This document shows, in pieces, positions 34,664-43,867 of a stretch of DNA of 64,000 bases (position 1 is the first letter of the stretch; every line of letters begins with the position of its first letter). A model generated the notes under the pieces. It made no database searches, was not told where the DNA came from, and saw only the letters and a program-made list of their open reading frames with translations. Position numbers and translations under genes: made by a program. The stretch is taken from NCBI GenBank assembly GCA_046346705.1, contig JAXMHR010000014.1, positions 84,106 through 148,105 of the forward strand, in the 5' to 3' direction. The DNA comes from Verrucomicrobiota bacterium. GTDB taxonomy: Bacteria > Verrucomicrobiota > Verrucomicrobiia > Limisphaerales > UBA9464.

Positions 34664-36402
34664 GATTTCGCCCTCCCGGGGTCCGACATGAGGCTGCGGA
34701 CATGTTCCTCAGTCTGCGTGACGCGGAGCACCTCCTCCAGGGTGGTGACCCCAGCCTTGACCTTGCGCCAGCCGTCCTCGCGGAGCGTGCGCATTCCCTG
34801 GGCCTTGGCCGCCTGGGCGATGTCGGAGGCCGGGGCCCGGTTCATGACCAGGGGCCGGATGGCCTCGCCGACCACCAGCAATTCATGGATGCCCGTGCGT
34901 CCCTGGTACCCCAGTTGGCGGCATTCTTCACATCCGACGCCCTTGAGGAAGGTCGTGGAGGCGATTTCGTGTTCCGGGAATCCGATGCGCACCAGGTAGT
35001 CGTGATCCACCTTTTGCGGCACCTTGCAGTGCGGGCAGATGGTCCGGACGAGGCGTTGCGCCATCACCGCCTCGACCGAGGACGCGACGAGGAAGGGCTC
35101 GATGCCCATGTCGATGAGCCGGGTGAAGGCGCTCGGGGCGTCGTTGGTGTGCAGCGTGCTGAAGACGAGGTGGCCCGTGAGGGACGCCCGGATCGCGATC
35201 TCGGCCGTTTCGAGGTCGCGAACCTCGCCGACCATGATCACGTTGGGATCCTGACGCAGGATGTGTCGCAGCCCGACGGCAAACGTCAGGCCGATCTCGC
35301 TGCGCACCGGGATCTGGTTGATGCCCTTGAGCTCGTACTCCACCGGCTCCTCGATGGTGATGATGCGCTTGGTGACCGAGTTGATGGTCGAGAGGAAGGC
35401 GTAGAGGGTCGTCGATTTGCCGGATCCGGTCGGGCCGGTGACCAGGAAAATTCCGTGCGGTTTGACGATGATCTCACGGATGGCCTCGTCCTCGTCGTGT
35501 GCGAATCCGAGCTTCTCGAGTCCGAAGAAGATCTTGCCGCGGGTCAGCAGGCGCAGCGACACCGACTCCCCCCAGACCGTGGGAACGGTCGAGACGCGGA
35601 TGTCGATTTCCTCGCCCTTGATGCGGACGTTGATGCGGCCGTCCTGGGGGAGCCGCTTCTCGGCGATGTTCATTCCCGCCATGACCTTGATGCGGGAAAT
35701 GAGCGCCGCCTGGTACCGCTTGATCTGCGGGGGCAGCGGCGTCTGGTGGAGAATGCCGTCGATGCGGTACCGGATCCGGAGTTCGTCCTCGGACGGTTCG
35801 AAGTGAATGTCCGTCGCCCGTTCCTTGAACGCCTCCCAGACCACTTGGTTGACGAACTTGATGACGCTGGCGTCCTGATCGTCCCCGGTGATTTCCCGGT
35901 CGTCGCCGACGATGAGCTCCATCGGCTCATCCTCGGACATTTCATCGAGGGTTTCGGCGCCGACGCCGTAATACTTTTTCAGCGCCTTCTCGATGTCGTT
36001 GCGGGTGGACAGGACGTACTGGACCGGGCCCCGGGCGTCGAACTGCACGGCCGCCTGCATGGCCGGGTCGAAAGGGTTATGGGTGGCCACCTGCAGGGCG
36101 CCGGCCTCCTCGCGGATCGGGAGGGCCGAGAACTGGAAGGCGACCTTGGTGGAAACCCGCTTCCGAATCTCCGTGTCGATAGAAAGCCGGCTGATTTCGA
36201 CGTACGGCCAGTCGAGGGCCTGCGCGAGCTTCTGCAGGAACTGCTCCTCGGAAATCCCGGATTCCCGGGCGAAGAAGGCCAGCTGGCTTTCGGTGCCGCC
36301 ACCCTCCACGGCGGACCTCCACGCCGCCGTCCAGTCACGGAACTGGGCGGGAGTGATCAGTCCCGCCCGTTCTAGGATTCCCTGAAGTGACCGGTATGCC
36401 AT
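34660..36402 (-). CDS. gspE: type II secretion / type IV pilus assembly ATPase (GspE/PilB family)
   Basis: Start moved to MAYRSLQGILERAGLITPAQF (ATG at 36402). T2SSE_N-like N-terminus. Walker A GPTGSGKSTTLY, IITIEEPVEY, Walker B VIMVGEVRD. Tetracysteine CPHC...CEEC. Confidence 0.9.
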   Translation of the reverse strand: MAYRSLQGILERAGLITPAQFRDWTAAWRSAVEGGGTESQLAFFARESGISEEQFLQKLAQALDWPYVEISRLSIDTEIRKRVSTKVAFQFSALPIREEAGALQVATHNPFDPAMQAAVQFDARGPVQYVLSTRNDIEKALKKYYGVGAETLDEMSEDEPMELIVGDDREITGDDQDASVIKFVNQVVWEAFKERATDIHFEPSEDELRIRYRIDGILHQTPLPPQIKRYQAALISRIKVMAGMNIAEKRLPQDGRINVRIKGEEIDIRVSTVPTVWGESVSLRLLTRGKIFFGLEKLGFAHDEDEAIREIIVKPHGIFLVTGPTGSGKSTTLYAFLSTINSVTKRIITIEEPVEYELKGINQIPVRSEIGLTFAVGLRHILRQDPNVIMVGEVRDLETAEIAIRASLTGHLVFSTLHTNDAPSAFTRLIDMGIEPFLVASSVEAVMAQRLVRTICPHCKVPQKVDHDYLVRIGFPEHEIASTTFLKGVGCEECRQLGYQGRTGIHELLVVGEAIRPLVMNRAPASDIAQAAKAQGMRTLREDGWRKVKAGVTTLEEVLRVTQTEEHVRSLMSDPGRAKS

Positions 36403-36652
36403 GCAAGTGGTGAACTCCGGCAGATTCAACGGCCTCCGTCCGGAAAAGTTGCGCGCAGTAAACGGGGAAGTGGAGTCCGGGACAAGTGAGTACCTCCGTG
36501 GCGGGGTCGAAAACTTTGGGGATCAGCGTGTGGACGGACCCGGGCCGTGGACGAAGTCGGCTGCCGCCCGGGGGTTTGGGATGGACGGCCGGGGGGCCAT
36601 TCGGCACAACTCCGTGCAAGCATCCTTTATTGCACTTCACTTTCCCCAAGCC

Positions 36653-37249
36653 ATGAGTGAACCGGACAGCTCCCAGACGCTCTTTTGGACGAAGCGTTGG
36701 GAACAGGGAAAGATTCCGTGGGATTGCGGAGGGATTCCACCGACCTTGGTGGCGTTCCTGGGACGGGTCCCGGGTCCGACCCGGGTCCTGATCCCGGGAT
36801 GCGGATCAGGCTACGAGGTGCGGGCGTTTCACGAGGTGGGACATGACGTCAGCGCGATCGAGTTCTCCGCTCCGGCGGTCGCGCATGCGCGCGAGGTTTT
36901 GGGGCCGCTGGGAGACCGGGTGATCCACGGAAACTTCTTCAAGCATGACTTCGCCGGGAATCGCTACGGACTCGTGTACGAGCGCGGTTTCCTGTGCTCA
37001 CTCCCCCCCGAGCGCTGGACCGATTATGCCGCTCGAATGGCAGCCCTGATTCCGCCCGGGGGAAAACTGGCCGGATTGTTCCTTTATGGACACGAGCCCG
37101 AGCCGCCTCCGTTTCCCCTGACTGACGAGATTGCTGCGGAGTTGCTGGGCCGGTCCTTCCGTCGGGTGTATTCCGAGTCCGTCGAGGATTCCGTCCCGGT
37201 GTACAAGGGACTGGAGCGCTGGCAGGAGTGGGAACGGCTCCCGGGCTGA
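36653..37249 (+). CDS. thiopurine S-methyltransferase (TPMT) family SAM-dependent methyltransferase
   Basis: ORF track 36401..37249. Start moved to MSEPDSSQTLFWTKRWEQGKIPWD (ATG 36653). VLIPGCGSGYEVRAFHEVGHDVSAIEFS. Confidence 0.75.
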   Translation: MSEPDSSQTLFWTKRWEQGKIPWDCGGIPPTLVAFLGRVPGPTRVLIPGCGSGYEVRAFHEVGHDVSAIEFSAPAVAHAREVLGPLGDRVIHGNFFKHDFAGNRYGLVYERGFLCSLPPERWTDYAARMAALIPPGGKLAGLFLYGHEPEPPPFPLTDEIAAELLGRSFRRVYSESVEDSVPVYKGLERWQEWERLPG

Positions 37250-37283
37250 CCCGCGGTGTCCTGAATCGCCCAACGGAACTGGG

Positions 37284-38207
37284 TCATGCCCGCGGGTGGA
37301 ATTCCTCGTGGACCTCGCGGAGGCGACGTCCGGCGACGTGGGTGTAGATCTCCGTGGTGCTGATGCGGGCGTGTCCGAGCATTTCCTGGATCACGCGAAG
37401 ATCCGCCCCGTGTTCCAGGAGGTGGGTGGCAAAACTGTGGCGCAACATGTGGGGGGTCACATTTCGCGCGATGCCGGCGCGGCGTGCGCAGGCCTTCACG
37501 CGGAGCCACAGGGTGACCGGGGCGAAGGCCGAACCCCGCCGGGTCAGGAAGACATTGGCTGGGGATCGCGGCCGCACCAGTTGGGGGCGCCCTGAGTCGA
37601 GGTAGCGCTGAAGGGCTTCCACGGCCTTTGCGCCCACCGGGACCACGCGTTCCTTGTTCCCCTTGCCGATGACGCTCAGGAATCCGGCGTCCAGATGCAG
37701 TTGTTCGAGGCGGATTCCCCGCAGTTCGGCCAGGCGCAATCCGCTGGCGTATGCCAGTTCCAGGACCGCGTGGTCGCAGAGGGCGGAGGGTGTCGCCTGG
37801 GTGCCGGGTGGTTCCAGAAGCCGGCGGATTTCGTCGTCGCCCAGCGCCTTGGGCAGCGTTTTCCACCGTCGGGGCAGGGTGAGGTTTTCCGAGGGGTTCG
37901 GAGACACAAAACCCTCGCTCTCGGCGAATCGGAAAAAGGCGCGCAGTGCGGCTACGTGCAGGTAAAGACTGGCGGAGCTGAGCCGGGAGGGTTTGTCGGA
38001 CGGAGCGAGGGACGGGCGCGTCCGCTGATGCTCCAGAAAGGCCATCAGGTCCGAGAACTTCACGTCCCTCCACTGATTGAGGCACCGGGGGCCGGACCAT
38101 TCCACGAACTGGCCCAGCAGGTGCGCATAGGTCCGCTGGGTGTGCTCCGCCTGTCCGCGCTCATGGCGGAGATGGACCAGAAATTCCTCGACCAGCGGGG
38201 CTAACAC
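37284..38207 (-). CDS. site-specific tyrosine recombinase, XerC/XerD type
   Basis: C-terminal catalytic region HMLRHSFATHLLEHGADLRVIQEMLGHARISTTEIYTHV...HPRA. N-terminal SAM-like domain LVEEFLVHLRHERGQAEHTQRTY. Start uncertain: I chose the in-frame GTG at 38207, because the longer ORF overlaps the upstream gene. Confidence 0.8.
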   Translation of the reverse strand: MLAPLVEEFLVHLRHERGQAEHTQRTYAHLLGQFVEWSGPRCLNQWRDVKFSDLMAFLEHQRTRPSLAPSDKPSRLSSASLYLHVAALRAFFRFAESEGFVSPNPSENLTLPRRWKTLPKALGDDEIRRLLEPPGTQATPSALCDHAVLELAYASGLRLAELRGIRLEQLHLDAGFLSVIGKGNKERVVPVGAKAVEALQRYLDSGRPQLVRPRSPANVFLTRRGSAFAPVTLWLRVKACARRAGIARNVTPHMLRHSFATHLLEHGADLRVIQEMLGHARISTTEIYTHVAGRRLREVHEEFHPRA

Positions 38208-38263
38208 GACGTCATCAAAGCCGGGAACGGCCGCGTCCGGTATAAGAATTCCCGGAGTCCTGA

Positions 38264-39481
38264 TCAGGGGGCCTCGGGATCGCCTGCGGCCACCCACTCG
38301 ATATTGAATGCGGCGTGTCGGATGGACTCGCCCGCCGGGGTGGAGAGGCTGTAGGTGGCGTGCAGGAGGCCGTCCCGTGTCTGGATCAGGCTGGGGTAGG
38401 CGAAGCTTTCCTTTTCGGCGGGATCCTTCTCGAGGTGGCGCCGCCGCTTCCACGTGAACCCCTCGTCGTCGCTCAGCCAGACGGCGAGGGAATGGCGCCC
38501 GGATTCCGTGTCATTGCCGATAAACGCCCAGGTTCCGTCCCTCAACGAGATTACTTCCGCGCCGGAACCGGGATTGGGAATGGCGCTGTCCACGACGGCG
38601 CTCCAGGTTTCGCCGCGGTCGGTCGAGGTGGCGGTCATCAGACGCTTCGGGGGCGGTCCGTTGTCCCGCATGAAGGTGACCAGGGCGCCATCCCGTCGGC
38701 GGAGGAGACTGGGCTGAATGTTGCCGCCACCTATCAGCGGCGCACTGGGATGCCAGTGGTCTCCATCGTCGTCCGTGATTGCCATCAGGGAGAACGAGAA
38801 GCCGTCGTGGTACACGCCTAGGACCAGGCGGCCGTCCACGGCGAGCGGATGCGCCCGCGGCATCCAACCCAGGCGCTGGTAAAGTTCGTTCGTCGCGTGG
38901 GACTGCATGGCGACGAGGTATTCGGAAACTTCCTGTTTCGTGGTGGCATCCCAGGTCGCTTCCGCCGCCCGGCGCTCCAGGTCCGGAAGGACCCGGGCGA
39001 TTCCCTGGGTGAATTCCGGGCCGGGAGTCAGGTGCAGCACCTCGCTCCGGTCCCAGCGCGGGGGCGTCCGGTTCTCCCAATCGGAGCTGACGCGGAACTT
39101 GAGCAGGGCACCCTCCCAGTGATGGTCCAGAATCGTGGGGTAGAACAACCAGAGGCGTCCCCGGGAGTCCACGTGTAGCGCGGGATTGCAGTCGGGGTAG
39201 CCGGGGGTGTCGGCGAGTGTGAATCGGGGGGTCCAGTCGCGTCCCCCCTCCGGCAGGCGCGCCGCCTGGACGAGCACGTCATCCGACTTGCGCTCTCCGG
39301 AGCCATGGAACCAGGCGGCGAAGAGGCCCCCGCCCGGTGCCTCCACGACGCATGAGCCGTGATTGTGCCACTTCTCCGGAGGAAACAGATCCTCCGCATG
39401 GTGGAAGGGCGCCGCCCCCGCAGTCGTCCCCAACAGGAACACCGACAGGATTGCCGGCGGGAGGACGACGCGGCCGGGCAT
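38264..39481 (-). CDS. exported BNR/Asp-box repeat protein (sialidase-fold)
   Basis: 405 aa. Signal peptide. Asp-box motifs ITDDDGDHW, STDRGETWS, SDDEGFTWK. Confidence 0.7.
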   Translation of the reverse strand: MPGRVVLPPAILSVFLLGTTAGAAPFHHAEDLFPPEKWHNHGSCVVEAPGGGLFAAWFHGSGERKSDDVLVQAARLPEGGRDWTPRFTLADTPGYPDCNPALHVDSRGRLWLFYPTILDHHWEGALLKFRVSSDWENRTPPRWDRSEVLHLTPGPEFTQGIARVLPDLERRAAEATWDATTKQEVSEYLVAMQSHATNELYQRLGWMPRAHPLAVDGRLVLGVYHDGFSFSLMAITDDDGDHWHPSAPLIGGGNIQPSLLRRRDGALVTFMRDNGPPPKRLMTATSTDRGETWSAVVDSAIPNPGSGAEVISLRDGTWAFIGNDTESGRHSLAVWLSDDEGFTWKRRRHLEKDPAEKESFAYPSLIQTRDGLLHATYSLSTPAGESIRHAAFNIEWVAAGDPEAP

Positions 39482-39485
39482 GGGA

Positions 39486-40838
39486 TCAGCGAAGCAGCAG
39501 CTTCTCGAGATACCCGACCGTCTGTCGCACCTGGGGATCCACCTCCATGCGGTTCTTCACAGCGCGCACGGCGTGCAACACCGTGCCGTGGTCGCGTCCG
39601 CCGAAGGCATCCCCGATGGAACTCAGCGAACTCTCGGTCAGGGTCCGGCAAAGAAACATGGCCACCTGACGGGGGAAGGCGATGTTCTCCGGACGGCGCT
39701 TGCTGGTCATGTCGGCGAGCCGGATGTCGTAGTGCTCGGCCACCCGCTTCTGAATCACCTCAAATGTGATGGCACGGCGGCTCTCCTCCTGGAGGATCTC
39801 GCGGAGCAGGTTTTCAACGTCGTCGAGTCGCACCGGACGTCCGGTGAGCTGGGTGAAGCTGGCCACGCGGACGAGCGCGCCTTCGAGGCGTCGCACGTTG
39901 GTGCGGATGCGATCCGCGAGGAACTGGACGATTTTGTCGTCGAGTTGGATGCCGAGTACGGCCGCCTTTTGACGGAGGATGGCGAGGCGCGTTTCGACGT
40001 CGGGCGGCTGGAGATCGGCGGTCAGACCCCATTCAAAGCGGGAGATCAGCCGTTGTTCGAGTCCGGGAATCTCGCTGGGCAGTTTGTCGCAGGTCAGGAC
40101 GATCTGCTTCCGTGCCTCGTGGAGTGTGTTGAAGGTGTGAAAAAATTCCTCCTGGATGCGTTCCTTGCCACTCAGGAACTGGATGTCATCCACGAGAAGG
40201 CAGTCCACCTGGCGATACCGGCGCCGGAACTTGGCCAGGGAGTTGTTCTGCAGGCCGTCGATGAACTCGTTGGTGAAGCGTTCGCAGCTCAGGTAGGCCA
40301 CCTTGGCGTTCTTGCGATGACTCAGGACTTCCTGGCCGATGGCGTTGAGAAGATGGGTCTTTCCGAGCCCGACGCCGCCAAACAGAAAGAGCGGATTGTA
40401 GGAACGCCCGGGATTTTGCGCGACGGCGATCGCCGCACTGTGGGCCATCTGGCTGTTGCTGCCGACCACGAACGTGGAAAACGTGTTGCTCGGATTGAAC
40501 GACGCCTCGACGGGGCGGCCGGCTACGGTGACCACACGCGGTTCCTCGCGGACCGGTGCGGGTGCGGGCCGGGCGGGAACGCTGGACAGGACTCCGACGA
40601 CAAACTCGATCTGGACCGGACGGACCGCCGTGCGGCTGGCCACCGAACGCAGGAGATCGAGATAATTATCGGTCAGCCACATCGCACAAAAGTCGTCGCG
40701 GACCTCCAACTTGAGGCGGTCACCCTCGAGGGAGACCGCGCGGATGGGCTCAAACCAAAGCTGATAAATGTCCGGTTTCAGGAGGCCTTGCAGGTGCTCC
40801 TGGACATTGGTCCAAAGGGTTTCGGCGGTGACGGGCAT
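39486..40838 (-). CDS. dnaA: chromosomal replication initiator protein DnaA
   Basis: Walker A GGVGLGKTHLLNAIG, LLVDDIQFLSGKERIQEEFFHTFN, C-terminal DNA-binding domain IAFPRQVAMFLCRTLT..SLSSIGDAFGGRDHGTVLHA. Start taken as ATG 40838 (MPVTAETLW). An upstream in-frame GTG at 40889 is the ORF-track start. Confidence 0.95.
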   Translation of the reverse strand: MPVTAETLWTNVQEHLQGLLKPDIYQLWFEPIRAVSLEGDRLKLEVRDDFCAMWLTDNYLDLLRSVASRTAVRPVQIEFVVGVLSSVPARPAPAPVREEPRVVTVAGRPVEASFNPSNTFSTFVVGSNSQMAHSAAIAVAQNPGRSYNPLFLFGGVGLGKTHLLNAIGQEVLSHRKNAKVAYLSCERFTNEFIDGLQNNSLAKFRRRYRQVDCLLVDDIQFLSGKERIQEEFFHTFNTLHEARKQIVLTCDKLPSEIPGLEQRLISRFEWGLTADLQPPDVETRLAILRQKAAVLGIQLDDKIVQFLADRIRTNVRRLEGALVRVASFTQLTGRPVRLDDVENLLREILQEESRRAITFEVIQKRVAEHYDIRLADMTSKRRPENIAFPRQVAMFLCRTLTESSLSSIGDAFGGRDHGTVLHAVRAVKNRMEVDPQVRQTVGYLEKLLLR

Positions 40839-40881
40839 TCTGGGTGGCTGGAAAGGGCGTTCCGGGGGAGAAAATCTGGGT

Positions 40882-40903
40882 TTATTCACGCCCCAAATTC
40901 ACA
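40882..40903 (+). promoter_or_regulatory. pair of DnaA-box-like 9-mers upstream of dnaA
   Basis: TTATTCACG (40882-40890) and AAATTCACA (40895-40903), compared with the consensus TTATCCACA. They lie 44-65 nt upstream of the ATG at 40838. Confidence 0.4.
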
Positions 40904-41164
40904 GGGCTGTGACGCGTCGCCGAACTGCGCAACTTCTGAGTTCTCAACGGAATAGGCGAAACCAAATCCAGGAACCCGATTGAACCCTTCCTGAAACTAT
41001 CCATCGCATAACTCATTGTATATGAATGGATTATTTGATTCATTCTTGAGCGGTTTCAGGAAATGGGAACTAGGGCCGGATTGGCGAGATGGCGCGACGA
41101 CGGCTGGCTTGTAGAGTGTCGAGCCTCGGCAAACTAGACGAAATTATTACGAGTTCTGCCCAAG

Positions 41165-41173
41165 TTATTCACA
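41165..41173 (+). promoter_or_regulatory. DnaA-box-like 9-mer
   Basis: TTATTCACA has one mismatch to the TTATCCACA consensus. It has the same TTCACAGGG context as the box at 40895. Confidence 0.45.
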
Positions 41174-41261
41174 GGGGGTAAATCTCCCCGTTTTTGGCCG
41201 GAAAATGGAGAGTTGCCGACGGTAAACGGCCCCTGGGCCGGCGGCGGTTCCTGGGAACAGT

Positions 41262-41630
<369 letters not shown>

Positions 41631-41765
41631 CTAACGCGCCGGCCCGAATGAAGTAAACGCCTTTTTGGACTGCAATAATCAGGTTCTCCCCTTGACGAAA
41701 CGGGTCCGCCTTTGTGCAGGCCTCATCCCCGCTTGCGGGGTGCGGGTTCCGGGGAATCCTGCCGA

Positions 41766-42404
41766 ATGATCCGTCCGGTTTTCCCAGTTCTCACCGTGAG
41801 CGTGGTCCTCACTGCCCTCGTGGCCGGCGGGTGCCAGGTGACCCGCGCGGGGTACGCGAGTGCACCGTACCGGGTGCTCCAGCAATCCGGCGATGTGGAG
41901 ATCCGGTCCTATCCCCCGTTGCGACTGGCGGAGACGTCCACCGGGGGCGACGACTTCATGCGGTTGTTCCGATACATCTCCAAGGGCAATGCCTCGGAGA
42001 CCAAGATTGCCATGACGACGCCGGTTTTGATGACGGATCTGGGAACGACCCAGGGTCGGATGGCGTTTGTCCTGCCCGAGGATCTGAACGCGCCCCCGGC
42101 TCCCTCGGTTCCCGGGGTGGAGCTGAGGACCACGGAGGCGACCACGGTGGCGGTCCTGCGCTTCCGCGGAGGACAACAGGGACCCGATGGCGAGGCCGCC
42201 CGGAAACTGACCTCTTGGATGGCCCGCGAGGGAATTCCGGCTGAAGGCGGCCCGGTGTTTGCCTACTACGATCCGCCCTGGATTCCCGGATTCCTCTGTC
42301 GGAATGAGGTCATGATCCGCACGTCCTGGCCCGCACCGGTTGTCTCATCGTCAACAGATTCCGGTCACCGTGCCGAAGCCGGACGGCCTGCGGACGCGCG
42401 GTAG
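41766..42404 (+). CDS. SOUL haem-binding family lipoprotein
   Basis: ORF track 41712..42404. Start moved to MIRPVFPVLTVSVVLTALVAGGC (lipobox). YRVLQQSGDVEIRSYPP, IAMTTPVLM, FAYYDPPW are typical of the SOUL/HBP fold. Confidence 0.7.
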   Translation: MIRPVFPVLTVSVVLTALVAGGCQVTRAGYASAPYRVLQQSGDVEIRSYPPLRLAETSTGGDDFMRLFRYISKGNASETKIAMTTPVLMTDLGTTQGRMAFVLPEDLNAPPAPSVPGVELRTTEATTVAVLRFRGGQQGPDGEAARKLTSWMAREGIPAEGGPVFAYYDPPWIPGFLCRNEVMIRTSWPAPVVSSSTDSGHRAEAGRPADAR

Positions 42405-43867
42405 TAGGTCGGGCCCGCAACGGATGCCGGGGGTAGGGGTACGGCGAAACCGCCCACGGGGGCCGTATTGGTCCTGACCGGGGTCCAGTGAAACAGGTCG
42501 GTCGAAGACTCCAGCGCCGTCTCGCCTCCAATGAATCCGTGGACCCGCAGGGTCGGCGTGGACGAGTCCGGATTCTCCATTTGGAGGCGGGGAAGGGAAT
42601 CCACGGGAAGCAGGAAGTTCGCAAAGACGTAGTCACCGATCCGGCCGCCGGACTTTTTCCCCTCCACATTGTCGAAGGCAAAATGGATGCCTCCGTAGAT
42701 CCGGCTCATCCCCACCTCGTCCGCGCATGCGGCGACACTTTCGTAGGTGCGAAGGACTCCGGGTAGGGTGTCGGAGCGCGCCGTGAAATGGAGGGCGTCG
42801 GTTCCAAAAAACTGGGTCAGCACCTGGGCGCTCGCCTTGCTGAACGAGCTGTGCCCGCTGGTGTAGGCCGGGAAGGGTGGGGAGACCAGAAAGTGTTCCC
42901 AGGACGGGTCCGGATCGGTTAGCGGATTCCCGTCTTCGGCGGCCCGTTGAATGGCGGTGATCGGACGCCAGAGATTCCACCGGTACTTGGTGTCCCAGCA
43001 GACAATCGCCGCATCGGCCTGCGCGAGTCCGATCAGCGCCAGGAGTCGGGCGGTTTCGGGTACCTTGAGCCCGCGATCCCGCGCCAGGGTGACGGCGATC
43101 TCATGCCAGTGACCGGGTGGCATCGCCGTGTAGCTGAAGTCCGACCAAAAGGACGCGATCTCGGTCTGCTCCGGGGTGCGCTCCCGGCTGTGCTTTCCCC
43201 CCAGTCGCTTCACCTCGTTCAAGGCGTCCGCGTACTCGCGGCTGTCCAGCGCGGGCGGCGGACCGGGCCGGAATGCCTCGACGGAGGGAATGCAGAAGGT
43301 TCGGACCCGTCCCCAATGCGGGGTCAGCGGGGGACGGAAAAACGGCGCGGTCCGGCGCCACTGTCCGGGAGCGTCGCTCGGAATGTAGGGGATCTCGGTG
43401 TTGGACCCGTCGGAACCGCGTTCGGACAACAGGCGCTTCGCCGCCTCGCGTCCCGCGTCCAGTCCCTGGTTCACGGCGTCGTTGGTCCGAAGGGCGCTGC
43501 GCTGGGAGGCGAAAAGTTCCTCGGTGCGCGCCCGGAAGCCCGGGTAAAGGGACAGCATCACCTCGTGTCCGGCCGCAATGGCTGCGGCATCGATGTGGGC
43601 GTTCGGTGACACGGTGACCTGCACCCGGTAGGGCTGGTGGGTGCGGACGATGGAGTTGACGGCGTCATGTGTCGCCGCGCCGAGGATCGCGAGGTTCCGG
43701 CTGCTGAGCGTCGGATTGGTCGTGTCCGTGCGGATCGCGTCCAGCATCAGCATGCACCAATCCGCGACGGGGTTTCCCTGGGCGGCGACCGTGAGGCTTG
43801 CGCACCACACCGCGAGAAGGGTGTGTGCGATTCCACGCACGGGACTCAGGGGTCCGGAACGGTTCAT
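42365..43867 (-). CDS. exported PAP2 / vanadium-haloperoxidase-like enzyme with C-terminal FFR-type module
   Basis: Start moved to MNRSGPLSPVRGIAHTLLAVWCASLTVAAQG (ATG 43867), giving an ATGA overlap with the upstream stop. Tripartite PAP2 motif KYRWNLWRP / YTSGHS / SRIYGGIHFAFD. C-terminal ...STDLFHWTPV...GPTYYRA. Confidence 0.75.
   Translation of the reverse strand: MNRSGPLSPVRGIAHTLLAVWCASLTVAAQGNPVADWCMLMLDAIRTDTTNPTLSSRNLAILGAATHDAVNSIVRTHQPYRVQVTVSPNAHIDAAAIAAGHEVMLSLYPGFRARTEELFASQRSALRTNDAVNQGLDAGREAAKRLLSERGSDGSNTEIPYIPSDAPGQWRRTAPFFRPPLTPHWGRVRTFCIPSVEAFRPGPPPALDSREYADALNEVKRLGGKHSRERTPEQTEIASFWSDFSYTAMPPGHWHEIAVTLARDRGLKVPETARLLALIGLAQADAAIVCWDTKYRWNLWRPITAIQRAAEDGNPLTDPDPSWEHFLVSPPFPAYTSGHSSFSKASAQVLTQFFGTDALHFTARSDTLPGVLRTYESVAACADEVGMSRIYGGIHFAFDNVEGKKSGGRIGDYVFANFLLPVDSLPRLQMENPDSSTPTLRVHGFIGGETALESSTDLFHWTPVRTNTAPVGGFAVPLPPASVAGPTYYRASAGRPASAR

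Larger units (their letters stand above)
40839..41261. other. putative oriC / dnaA promoter region
   Basis: About 420 nt with no supported CDS, lying between dnaA and glnB. Strongly AT-enriched core: 19 G+C in the 60 nt 40991-41050 by hand count. DnaA-box-like 9-mers TTATTCACG, AAATTCACA and TTATTCACA. Confidence 0.5.

Noticed and set aside
37284-38207. Tyrosine recombinase as the integrase of an integrated mobile element or prophage.
   Set aside because: The C-terminal catalytic region and the ...HPRA end match housekeeping XerC/XerD. There are no phage, conjugation or transposase genes, no flanking tRNA or direct repeats, and no compositional shift around it.
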